Both the position numbers and the translations under genes were made by a program. A DNA stretch of 64,000 nt, from the NCBI GenBank assembly GCA_040954595.2, contig CM082583.2, positions 3,977,060 to 4,041,059 of the forward strand. The letters run 5' to 3'. The notes beneath the pieces were generated by a model. It had not been told where the DNA came from, did no database searches, and saw nothing but the letters and a program-made list of their open reading frames with translations. Of this stretch, positions 36,601-48,900 are shown in pieces. Source of the DNA: Balanoglossus misakiensis. Its lineage: Eukaryota; Animalia; Hemichordata. Numbering within the stretch: position 1 is the stretch's first letter; each line of letters begins with the position of its first letter.

Positions 36601-39342
36601 TTCCATTAGCTGTAACTTTTCGCCATGTTATTGTGCAAAATTTGAATTCAAGTCTGGACTAGAATTCATTTGTCAACAATAACAGTGGCCGTTACACACA
36701 TACAGGCTATGTTGACAAGTGAAGTAATTGGTAATACCGGTATTAGCATGGCTGCTTGGAGTACCGGTAGAGCAAGAAATTACATTTGATACACAGAAAA
36801 AGAAGATGCAAAAAACAGTTGTGATTCTGCAACATATTATCACTTTTCTCCTTTATTTGATCTCTTGAAGAATATGGTCTTTGCTGAAGTCAAAGTTCAA
36901 AGCTTGGAATCCTACGCAGTCTTGCTGCGAAGTATTCGATCTACGTGTACAGTGGATGAGAAGGGAGGCGATGTGGTGATGCAGTCGAAACATCCGTTCT
37001 TCATTTCAATACAGCCTGGTTCTCTTACAGCGCCCACTGATGTTACTTTAGAGGTCAGTTCATGTCTGCATGATCCAATGTGTCAGGATTTGTATATGAC
37101 GCCCTTAGTGGCAGTAATGCCTTGATTTAGTATGATTTGTGTAAAATCAACAGGTTTCATTCAAGATGAGTGTGTAAAAAAACATGCATTTTTTTCAAAT
37201 CCTGTTATGGACATGATGACATCAATTTGTTACTGAAGTTTAGTGCACAAGAAAATAAATAAAACGTAGTAGCATAATAAATTCTGCCATTTGAATTTTT
37301 TTTTCTTTATGAGCATTATACAAATGGTACCTAAAGGGATTGATCCACCTGTGTGATGCAGTTTTTTGTTGAACAGAAGAATAATATACTGTAAAACATG
37401 TTTTTTAGCTTGCATGTTATTTTAGCTGTATATAGATGCAGTGTAAATTTGCTAATTTAAGATATTGCCATAAATTTAAACTTTTCTCTGCCATTTAAAT
37501 GAACTGAATCTAAATTTGCTAAAAAAAGCATACAGCTAATTCAAGGGGCTCTACAGTACAGTAGAATATGAAAGGAAGTTGTCTTGTCTTGAGCATATTT
37601 GCAAAATTTTCATAAATGTTTGTATTTTCATTTTTCCTAACCAGACTGCAACTCCAGAAAATATGACCAAGACGTTGAAGTATGCTGAGCCATTTGTGCA
37701 AGCAACATTTTCTCCTAAACTGCGTAAGGCCGTCCGCCTTGTCCTTGCCACGAGGCCGCCAGCCGACAGAACACCGGTTGCTGGTGGACAGGTCAATCAC
37801 CTCTATTGCCTCCACTGTGCAGACAATAAACGATGGAAAGTGACAGCAGTGTTACAAGATCAACAAGAACAGAGTCATGATGGTTTACTTCGTATAATAC
37901 TGCCTCCTATCACCATAAAACAGTAAGTACTGATACACTTGCTTATCAAATCAAAACAAAGTGATTTTAATATAGTAATTAGATAAAGACTTATATAATT
38001 ATCACAATTCGAAAAAATAATAATAGACGTGCTGTTTTAACCCTGAGCAGTAATAATTTATCAATGTTCCCATCTTATTTTCTTTCAACAACCAGGCAAC
38101 TGTTGATGGCATTTTTGTGGAACTCTTCTGATGCTGATACTTTAGAAGAGATATTGTCATATGAACAGGTTAGTAGAATGTTTCAATTGGAAGATAAAGG
38201 TGTTCGTTTAACTAATATCAGCGCGCAACCCTTTCAAGGTGTTCTAACTGTAATGAATTCCTGGCTGTTATTTTCTTTTTCTGCTTTATTGTTTTTGTCT
38301 GCTTTAATAGGCTTTTAAAACAAGACAAAAAAATAAGAGGGGGGGGGGGGGAAGGTAGAAACAGAGCATGATATTTTTTATCATATTGTCAGAGTTATTC
38401 AAATGAGATAAAACAATCTCGTTTTGATCAAAAAATCTTCTCTTCTGAAATAGGATGACTCAAGTCAGACTTTGTTAATGACATTGACTTTATAATCTGA
38501 TAATTATTCACAATACACATAATTAATTATTTTGCAGGGCAAGGGAATGTCTAAGGAAGCCAAAGAAAGACACATATTTGAAGGTTAGTTGTCTTAGTGT
38601 GATTTCAGTAATACTACGAGGTTATTACAAAAATACAGCAACAGACATTAGCACAGTGTACCAATTGCCTGATGTATAGCGGAGGGTAGTGCATGGTGCT
38701 TTTGTCTGAGTCCATACATTGTGGTATTTTTGTAATAACCTTATTATTCTACATCTTACATTTCTAGATTTGCAAGGTAGTTGCCCCATAGTTTCTAGCA
38801 TTTAATCAATGTTTCACACGATTGCTGTTGTGGAATATTCCATTTTAATGGGGGTAACAACATTGTAAAATTCCCTTGGGCTCGTGCAGTTTTTACCTTG
38901 TAGTGCAGTATCACTTTCAGAAAATTTAGTGATTTTCAAATACAAATGACAAATTGGTTTCTGTCATTGTGAATATTGAAGTTAACATTTTAGGGTTATC
39001 CATTAAGTTTATCTTTATCATCTAACATTGTTTTACTTTGCCACAGCCTGCCTCTCTGATGCAGCTTTCCAGACATTATCGAAACATCTGAATGATGAAG
39101 TGGAGAATTTAGCCGTCTACTTAAACGTGGGCGATGTGGCACTACAGAAAATAAAATCCAGTCAACCAGACAGCAGAAGTGACCAAGCAAAACAAGTGCT
39201 TATTCGATGGCGACAGAAAACAAAAGTAGACAATGAGAAGAAAGTAGGACTACTTCGTTCAGCATTGCATAAATGTAAAAGGCTGGACATGGCTCAGAAA
39301 GTTCAGAATGACCTGCGAGATGCCCTTAATTGGGGATTGTAG
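33684..39342 (+). CDS. Helical-rod / ZU5-like / death-domain protein (DTHD1-like), about 976 aa; exons 33684-33990, 34630-36049, 36233-36560, 36871-37053, 37645-37922, 38096-38168, 38538-38583, 39047-39342
   Basis: accATGG start; phases are consistent and the CDS is 2,931 nt. About 575 aa of Ala/Glu/Lys-rich helical N-terminus, then ZU5-like beta segments (PLCVLRAP...ELPVP...W..LPT; TVDEKGG.....PF.ISIQPGSL), then a C-terminal death domain (LSDAAFQTLSKHL...ENLAVYL.V....LQKIK...QAKQVLIRWRQK...LRSALHKCKRLDMA). A probable 5' UTR exon ends at 33032. Confidence 0.85.
34014..34337. mobile_element. TA-flanked MITE with TIR of about 25 bp
   Basis: TA-CCGGGGTTTACTGAGAGTTCGCCCA ... TGGGCGAACTCTCAGTAAACCCTGG-TA. 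Confidence 0.85.
38615..38761. mobile_element. Old, degenerate copy of hairpin family H1
   Basis: GAGGTTATTACAAAAATAC...AGCGGAGGG...GTATTTTTGTAATAACCTTATTATT.TACATCTTACAT aligns to the first ~150 bp of 413-858. Confidence 0.7.
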
Positions 39343-41954
39343 AGTCTGCATGTTATATGTAGAGTCTATGGGGCCAGAGTAAATGATTGGGCCAGCATAC
39401 TGGCACACTAGCTGTCAATTGTCTGAACAGATCTCATTCAGAATTGACAAAAGGATTTACTCATACTTACACACGGTACTTATATATGCATATCAGTTAG
39501 TATCATGATACAATATCTTGCCATCATGCAGGCCACCATTTTGTTATGATTTTTCATGACAGATATAATACATGTAGTACTCTGAGATGTCTGACCCAGT
39601 TTTATTCAGACTTATATTCAGGGACAATGTACAGTTGAACCAGTGGAGAACTGTTTGATTTTGGGGGGAATTGATGGAGAATTTTTTGGTTAAAAAATGT
39701 ATTGGCAAATGGTGCCGAGGAAAAAAAATCTTCTGCAATGCCTTGGTTTTGGTAGGCATCTTGAACTTTCATTACGATGTGAAGAAACTATCAAAATTTC
39801 CCTTATTTATCCAAAATCATAGCATCTCTGTTTGACATTTCAGAGAGTGCCTCCTGCACAGCGACACACACTGTAAACATGACGTAAATGATGTTTTTAC
39901 TGTAACTCCAGGTCATTGGAATTTAACTAGTTATTTTCCCGGTGAAAGGGGCACATTAGCTGTGGGGTGTCCACTTCCTGCCCCAGTTTATGCTGAAGGG
40001 ATGTGAAAATTTGATAAATTTGGTATTTTTATAGCAGCTAATTTACTCATTTTTATATAGCCTTTTTTATATTAGCACAAAGTTTGAGATGGCTCTAATG
40101 ATTTCTATCACTATTTAACAATCTATTTATGAATATGGAAGGAGAAGTTGGGGGAGGTCAGGAGTTGGTGTCCTCTCTACAGATGAAGAATATTTTTAAA
40201 ATACAGTAACAAAATTGTACTATTTGATATACATGTATATATAGTTTTATGGTTGCAGTACATAAATTATTTACTCATTTACATAATTTAAAAATAATTT
40301 TAGATTAAGTCTTGTATCAAGAATTATTAAACAAAATTTAATATACCTTTCGTGGTACAATGATATAACTTATGTGAAAAAATTGACTACCTAAAACTCA
40401 CTATATAAGTAATTAATTATATATACCCATAATTGTCTATATTGTGAAGTAGATTTATTATATGTATATACAAAACACATTTTGATTATGTATTAATAAT
40501 TGAGTATTGCATTATTCGTAAATAATTATATACATGTTAGAGTGTTAAATAATGACTTCTGTAAAAAATAATTAATTAAATAAGGGACCAGCATATCTCT
40601 TGAAATATTTTGATAACCTTTGACCTAACTTGGCATGTGCCAGTTTCTGTGGTATACTGGTTTGAAGATCAGAGTCGAGTTGGCTCGATTTGTTTAACCA
40701 TCTTCCTGACTTTCACCACCCAATCTCAGACATATTTTTGTAACATATATTTATAAGCATGTATGCATTGAAGTGTACTTTAATTACACACATTTTTATA
40801 TTTTTCATCGATTTTGAAATAAATCAACGAAGATCAAAAGTCGAGAATGTGACTTAATTGAAATGTTTGGTAACTTCTTTGCACACCTGGGCTTCTGGAA
40901 AGATGTTATCCACAGACAAAGAAAGTCAGGTTATTTGTATATTTGTCCATCTGAAACTAATACTCAGAGACATACTGTAGTACCTGGACCAATTTCATTC
41001 AAACCTGGCACAAGGGTTAGATGTACTAAGATGCACAAAAAATCAGTTAGTCAAGCGTGCACGTACAAATCAAAAGGTTACGGCTGGCAATGAATTCTGT
41101 GCCTATAATCGGTCAGTTCTGAAACCTGCACCCTGTATCGCTTCTCTAACAAACTTTGTTGCTTTCCACTTTGTGTGAAGACAGTGGGCAATGATGTTGC
41201 GGCTTTTGTCTTTATTACGCCTTGGAGCCAAAATGACCAGGGTTGGCTGAAAGACAGGGGAGGGATACGCATTTGGGCTGATTCATCCTGCCTGTTTTGG
41301 CAGACGACTGTTGTTGTCAAGATATTATTCTCCCCAAAAATGTTAATCAAACAGTGGCTATACATCAATTTACTTACTTCACTACTTGAAGGACAATAAC
41401 ATGTCTTACAAGAGACCGCACTCAAGCTTTTAAGCATACTTGAGCTCCAGGAGGGAAGCTAATAGATTTAACTATAAAAATGTCCATGAGTTCCAAGCCA
41501 GAATATGCATTGGGCCGTATACTGTTATGAGAATCCTTTTTTTTTCATTGTAGAATTTATCTGTACAGACTTGATCATTCTTTTTCAGGGTTGTGACCAA
41601 AGTTCATTGTGTTGCCAAAATGTTGTCGTTCAAAGTATTTATTCTTCAGGAACATTGCATTTTTGCACTTCCTAAACTTTTTATTTAGGGAAGGACAGTT
41701 GTGATCAAACTCAATTTTAATTAATCATGCACATTATAGTCCATTTATAAAATATCATGACGATGATAATAAACTCGTAAGAAAGAGGTTTATTCGCAAG
41801 AGGAAAGTAAGCAGCTAAGCATATACATCTCAAAGTACTACAACTATGTTCAAATTAACAAAATCAATATTAAAACCATGTACCGGTACACAGTGTAAAT
41901 GATGGATATGTAAATGCAGAATTGCAGCAAAATGCGTTGAAGTCAAAGCTGTGC

Positions 41955-42915
41955 CTATAATACGGGCATGTTAGTTGATGCTTGGGTATATTCGTTGTCA
42001 GGGTCAGGTAGCTGGTTTCCTGTAAATAGATACATGTAAACATGATATCAGACCCAGCCAATCAATTGTGGACACTTTAATCCAAGAAAATAAAGTACCT
42101 TAGAATACTCAATTTTCACTAGGAAGTTTTGCACTGTATCAGCTGGAGTAATTTTTCTGCTAAAATAAAATCCCAGTGAAAATTCTTATTTCCAATTCTT
42201 TACAAATAAGTTGACAAGAAATAGTACAAAACAAAATCTAATAGCATACTTCGAAGATGGCAGTAGTTGGAAATTTGCCTCAGTGTCATATGTTCCCCAA
42301 TCAACTTGATTATTACATTAACTGTGACATTGAAGAGGCAATATATATTCGACGTCCATTCACCAAACTACAGGAGACAAATTATTTTTCAGTGTTCATT
42401 CACACTTTGTCGTTTTCACTGTTTGATAACTGACTTACTTAAATCATTCAAGCTAGTGCAGCTCTTTGCATCGCCAGTTTCAGCAATGCCATTAACATCC
42501 TTTTCCTCAAGATCTGGAAAAAAATTAAAAGATATCAAAAGTGAGATCTAAAAAAAGTGACTCCCATGCATTCATATGCGTCAAACTGTTTTGTCGCTTT
42601 CAGAACGATAAACATTCAGAAAATTTGACCTGGAATGCTTCCATTATCAATTTTCACATAAATCGTAAAAACAGCAGTTTTTCTTAGAGATCGTGGCAAT
42701 CAATAAGACAAAGGAGGCGAGGGACTTACCATTACAATGTAAGCTGGTTCCACTCTTTGCCTTCATAGTCTCATTAATTGCCAAGGCCGTAGTACTACCT
42801 ATATACCGGTAAAGATGGGAAATAATGAGTGATGCAGCTCAATATGATCCTTCAACATTAATTACGGGCCCAAGCCAAGCCAGGCTTGGGCCCGTATTGG
42901 TTTCGTTGGGGTTTT

Positions 42916-42947
<32 letters not shown>

Positions 42948-45900
42948 TATTCTTGGTTCATTTCTTTCGCGCGCTAGATCTCAGACACAGCTGCAGGTAC
43001 AGTTCTCAAACTTGCTACAGTGGTCAAGGTCAATGAGTAGATGTGCAGTGACTTGTGAATACTTAATTAGTCACGTGACATGGCGGCCATATTGGATTTT
43101 CTGAAAAAATGCAAATCTCAGATCTCAGAAACTACAAGTCAGATCGACTTCAGATTTGGTGTGCTGGTAGTATACCCTCTGCCCATCATTTTTGTAATTG
43201 GATATTTTGCTGTCAATGTTGCAGTTTTTTTGCTACAGTTGTTTTTCTGAAATCTGGTCAAAATTTCAAAAATCTTCTTCTCCAGAACCGGCAATAACCG
43301 AGTCACGCCGTTTGGGGTATGTGGTCACCTAACTGATGTCTATCAAGTTTGCGAAGATCGTTGTGATTGGTCGAAGATTATGGCGGCCATATTGGATTTT
43401 CGAAAAACCATAGTAAAACTTCAAAAATCTTCTTCTCCAGAACGGGCGATGACTGAGTCACAAGATTTGGTGTGTGTGGTCATTAAACAGATGTCTATCA
43501 AGTTTGCGAAGGGGAATGTGATTGGTCGAAGATTATGGCGGCCATATTGGATTTTGTGAAAAACGATTAAAAAGTAAAAATTCCTTTTCTAGCCTAAACA
43601 TTGATAGCACAGAAATTCTTTTTATGGATATGAATCATCATATGACAAGAATAAGCTATAAATATTTTGGTAATTTTGGCAATGACCTTTGACCTACTTT
43701 TGACAAATCATTTTTCTGCATATCTAATTCATGGCTAACCAATGGGGCTATAAGTTTGGTATTTGATGTATGTGGATTTGTATGTGATCAAAAAATTTTG
43801 CTACTTTTCATGACCCTTTGACCTCTGGTGACCTCATTAAATATGCGCATACCTAATTAATGATGAACCAATAGACCTAGAGGTTTTGTTTTTGTTATAC
43901 ATGGACCAGTATGGGGTCAAAATATTTTGCCCAAATGTTGGGTGACCTCGGGTGACCTTTGACCTACTTTTGCATATATTGACATCCACACCAGATACAG
44001 CCTTGGCGTTTGGAGGTATGGGGCCATAATGAAAAGCCAAAGTTTTGGGTCACCTGTGACACCTGCTTTATGCATTATTTATGTGCATACCTAATTCCGG
44101 GCTAACCAAAAGGGCTAGAGGTCTGGTTTTTGTTGGACATGGACCACTGTTGGTCAAAATTTTCTACCCAAATTGTGGGTGACCTCTGGGTGACCTTTGA
44201 CCTACTTAACACTATATCAACAACAAACATAGATATAACCTTGATATTTCATGGGGATAAAACACAGCATTATGTTTCAACTCATTAATTATGTGCATAT
44301 CTAATAATCAGATCAGATAATAGAGCTTGGGCCCGGACAATGCTGCTTGCAGCTTTAATTTATTATTATTATTATTAATAGAAGCTAGGTGATTGTGTCA
44401 TATACTTTTTTTCAAATTATGGATGGACTACGGGTACATATTGGGTCTCCTCAAATCCAAGGACTTTGCCTTCAGTCAAGGCATGCTCTGTGATCTCTTT
44501 TAGTTCTTGATAGCTCAAGCCAATAAGAAGAAAGAAAGCAACAATATTGCACAGTGACATGCTCTTTCTACATTCAAATTGCTAGCAGTGGTCATGGGGG
44601 ATCAGTCAATTTTATCTGACTGGTGGGGGGGGGGGTGCTAGCTTAAAAGAGAGCAAGTTAAATATTACTACGGTAATTAAGTTGGGGAGGAGGGTTACTT
44701 TGAAGCTTGACGTAAAAACTGGAGACCTGCACTTTAAGAACCATGACAGTGTAAAAAACAAAACACCGGCAACCTATAGCCACTTCAAAATGACCAACCC
44801 ATTAGATCTTGATCTCTGAACATGCATGATGAAACAGACAGGTACATCTACCTTGTGATTGTCCAGGGTCATCATTAAGGGTGCTATCCAAATCCAAAGA
44901 AGTGTAACTAGCACCATCACATCCGCGACGTCTCTCTTCATGAGTCCTACCATTCGAAGAACATCAGATGTTGTGATATGAAAAATTATCAATATGATTA
45001 TTAAAGGGACAAAGTCTCTCTCTCGCTGCCCTTTTTTCCATTAATTATATTTGATACAAGACACCGTTTGTTATTCTACATGTGGATATATAGTGAATGA
45101 ACGTTCAACCACACACAACTTCCATCCCTCTTATAGACAGGAGAGTGAAAAAACTCGCCAAAATGAATAATCGTTCTTTACCATTTATTCATTTTGGGCG
45201 AGTTTTTACTCTCATATCATACAAGTGGGATGGAAGTTTTGTGTGGTTTATCATTGATTCACTATATATCCACATTTACATTAACATAAATAGTGTCTTG
45301 TATCAAACATAATTAATGGAAAAGGGGCAGCTGGAGAGAGACTTTGTCCCTTTAAACATAGCTTATTAGTAAGAATTGCCTGATTTCCTTGATGTGCAAT
45401 TTCAAATTGCAAGTTTCTCTTGAACTGATTGGGTCACAGATGTCAGTGTGTTAAAATGAAATTTGTATGAATGCATGCATCCAGTTTACTTGTGATTGTA
45501 ACAAAGCTATTTATACTATGGCATGTAGCAAAAATTGTGTGATATTTCCGGTATTTCACTTCTTATTTTAAACTTAGATTTTGTGCAAATTGGTATGGGC
45601 ATAGGGGCCTTGCTTGCAAAAAAATCATTTGTTGGTTGTATAATACAGCATTGTTGCTGATGACATGTTATTTAATACCAATATTACTTGAATGTTTCCA
45701 TAGTTTTTAATATGGGCAGTTTGTCAATACTTTCAATTTGACTTGTCGTACAACCTTCATCTTAGCTAAATGAATGTAGAAGACTTACCGGCCACCTTTA
45801 CGAAATTCCCCATGATTTGACCGACCTTCACCCAATTGAGTACCTCTTCCTGTTTGTAACGGAAATGTAAAAATAACTTTAGTTATGTCTCAGTGTACGG

Positions 45901-48900
45901 CACATACTTGGCTAAATGATGGGTCATGATAAGATATGACTTGCACCATGAAAATAATAAATTCAAATTTTCAAATGACATCTGATCCATAGTGAATGAA
46001 CAGCTCACTTGGAACTACCGGTACACTAGCCTCGAGTTGCAGCTTTTTTCACCAAATCGTTTAATATAATAATATTATATTACACGATTAAGCAATAAAA
46101 CACCCCCAGCCATGGTATACCACGAGATTTTGACCAGTTCACGACATATACGCACGAGCGATAGCGAGTGCGTATATGGAGTTGAACTGGTCAAAATCGA
46201 GTGGTATACCATGGCTGGGGGTGTTTGATTGCTATTATATTATGCCAGTATATTGAAACTTTGCATAAAACATTTTAAAAAGGCATTTTCTTTGACTATG
46301 ATATATGACTGTGGTATATGACGAATATATCACAGTCACGTGTCGTGTCTCGACCAATAAAATAGCGTGATTTACACCATCAATATACTGGTATAATATA
46401 ATTTGATATATATAACTATTGTGTATATTATACTATTGTGATATATCGGTAAGTGACTTACCATTTCTGTTACGCTTATAAACGATAGCAACTATAGCGG
46501 TGATACCAGTAAAGGCTATACCAGAGACTGCAATGATTAAGACTGAATGATTATCTGATTTGCTGGAATCTTCCGATGCACCGTTGGTCTTCTGCACAAC
46601 ATGGCCTCTCTCATCATCTGTGGCAGGTGTCGTTGCATAATTATCATCAAGAGTTGACGGCGGAGACTTCATTAGCTCTCTGACTTCTAAATTTGCAGAC
46701 ATAACAGTAAATGGTAAGATCCTCATGTTAGAGCATGTGCGATATGTATAGTCTAGTTATGGTCTATTTCAATGTCTGTTTGACAATTAACTACATGTAT
46801 AAAGTTTTTGCTATTGCGTTGTTTGTCGATTGAATCATAAGTGGCTTAATTGACTAGATGTAAAATATTACGTTTCATGGACTAAATGTTAGTACAGGTT
46901 TCAGGGTAGGCTGGATTTTTATACAAAGACTTCAGAAATGCAAACATACCGTACCCATTCAATTGAACGTATTGTCTCCACTGCATATGAAGCATGTCAG
47001 AGAAATAGAAAAAGTCCCATTTGATATACATTGAACAGGACATCTGTCCCTATTAAAATATACCCCTAAAATGATACTGAGAATCGGAGATTTTTGAGCA
47101 GAAGTGGTGAGTTGAACAGAATTGAATGTAAGACAGTCCAAAAAGAACAGCCAGTTTGTCTGTTCATTTATCAAACAACTGCTAATGTGCATGCACCCTC
47201 ACCAAAACTCCATAACACCGAAACGTTATTACCATAAGTGATGTACTAATACCAACATGCATATTATAGAAATGTTTTCTATTATCACATAAAAAACATC
47301 ACAGTGCATGAGGATATGAGGTCAGGTGCCAATAGAAAAAGTGACAGGGTCTTTATTTTATCATATATGCTCTTGAGATCGATATTTACCGGAAGTAGGT
47401 GCTGTCGTTAATACTTGTCCGTGTACTGGCTTCAAAGAAGTAGTCAGCTTTACTTCAAGTTGTGTGGACGGTCTAAGGCAAGAAAGTAACAAGAATGTAT
47501 ATTGTTTGCCATTGTCGCTTGGCAATCACTGAAATTAGTTGATATGTTGTACCAATACTTCACCACATAGTTATGTACAAAGATGGCCAGAAACTTGGTC
47601 AAGAAGAATCTGCTTGTCAACCTGTACCGGTACATGTTTATGGCTATGTCTGTGAATTGTTTTGATAATAAAATTGTTGATTGTACAAATATTGGATGTT
47701 TTGAAACTGAATTGACTGGTTTTCATCTGTGTCTAGACAATTTGAAGAAGATAGTGAAGTTGATAATTAGGCAGAACATAAACACCTACTAAAATTAGCC
47801 AAAAATCAACATAATTATCTGTAACGTACAACGTATTCTCCTGATAACCACATCCAGACAAAATTAGTGATTTATTTCCTTGTCATTATCTGCTTGCATT
47901 ATGTATAACGACATTAAAGGCTGTTCTTACGTCTTGATGTTCCCTGAAGGCCTCCTTATAGGTCTGCAACCACCATCAGGTCTTTCCACGAATCCTGACA
48001 TACAAGAACACTTGTAGTCCTGTGTTGATGATCCTGTGCTCTTTGTTAGCTGTCCATGCCTGCATCTGTTGTGCGGCAAACATCTTGACAGTAGATTTGG
48101 ATGAGCCGTGAAAGAGGTTTGGTCGCATGGCGCACAGACTGTGCTACTGGGGTCACCAATTGAACATGGTGCTACCATGTGATGCCCTGTGAAGTGTTAA
48201 AAATCAGCAGCATACCCACACAAGTTGTTCAGGGAGGCCAGCTAAATGAAATGTACCAAGAGATTTGACTGGTTGAGGAAATGGAAAGCAACTCCCTGAA
48301 TTTAGAAACATGACCCCTAATTATTTTAGCCTGTGATATATTTCCCTGTAATTTGTTAAGTTATCTACTACATGTATATCAAATGCTTCATATGTGCCTA
48401 AATCATTACGTTTGTCAAAATGTTTTGTACTGGTGATATGCAAAGTAAAAGTAAAATAGAAGGTCTTACCAGGTGAACAATTATTACAACAGCGGCCTTC
48501 AAATTTACTTTGAATGCCCAGCTGACAGCCCTCTGCCTCAGGAAAATCCAGGGAAAGAGATGAGGATGTGTGGAAGACAAAAACCTGTGATAAAGATCAT
48601 TTACTGACATTAAAGGGACAAAGTCTCTCTCTCGCTGCCCTTTTTCCATTAATTATGTTTGATACAAGACACAGTTTGTGTTATTCTACATGTGGATATA
48701 TAGTGAATCAACGTTCAACAACACACAACTTCCATCCCATTTGTAGGATATGAAAGTAAAAATCTCCCCAAAATGAATAAATTTTCACTGTCATGTGTAC
48801 AAGTGAGATGGAAGTTGTGTGTGGTCAAAAGTTGATTCACTATGTATCCACACGTGGAATAACACAAACTGTGTCTTGTATCAAAGATAATTAATGGAAC

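Noticed and set aside
43081-43560. Regularly spaced repeats that could be read as a CRISPR-like array
   Set aside because: The units are full ~155-bp tandem duplications without unique spacers, inside a eukaryotic intronic repeat, and there are no cas genes.
46950-47192. Cys-containing minus-strand ORF in a TNFR intron as an extra exon
   Set aside because: In the required phase it reaches a stop before the transmembrane exon. The flanking exons already join in phase, and there is no support beyond an AG/GT pair.
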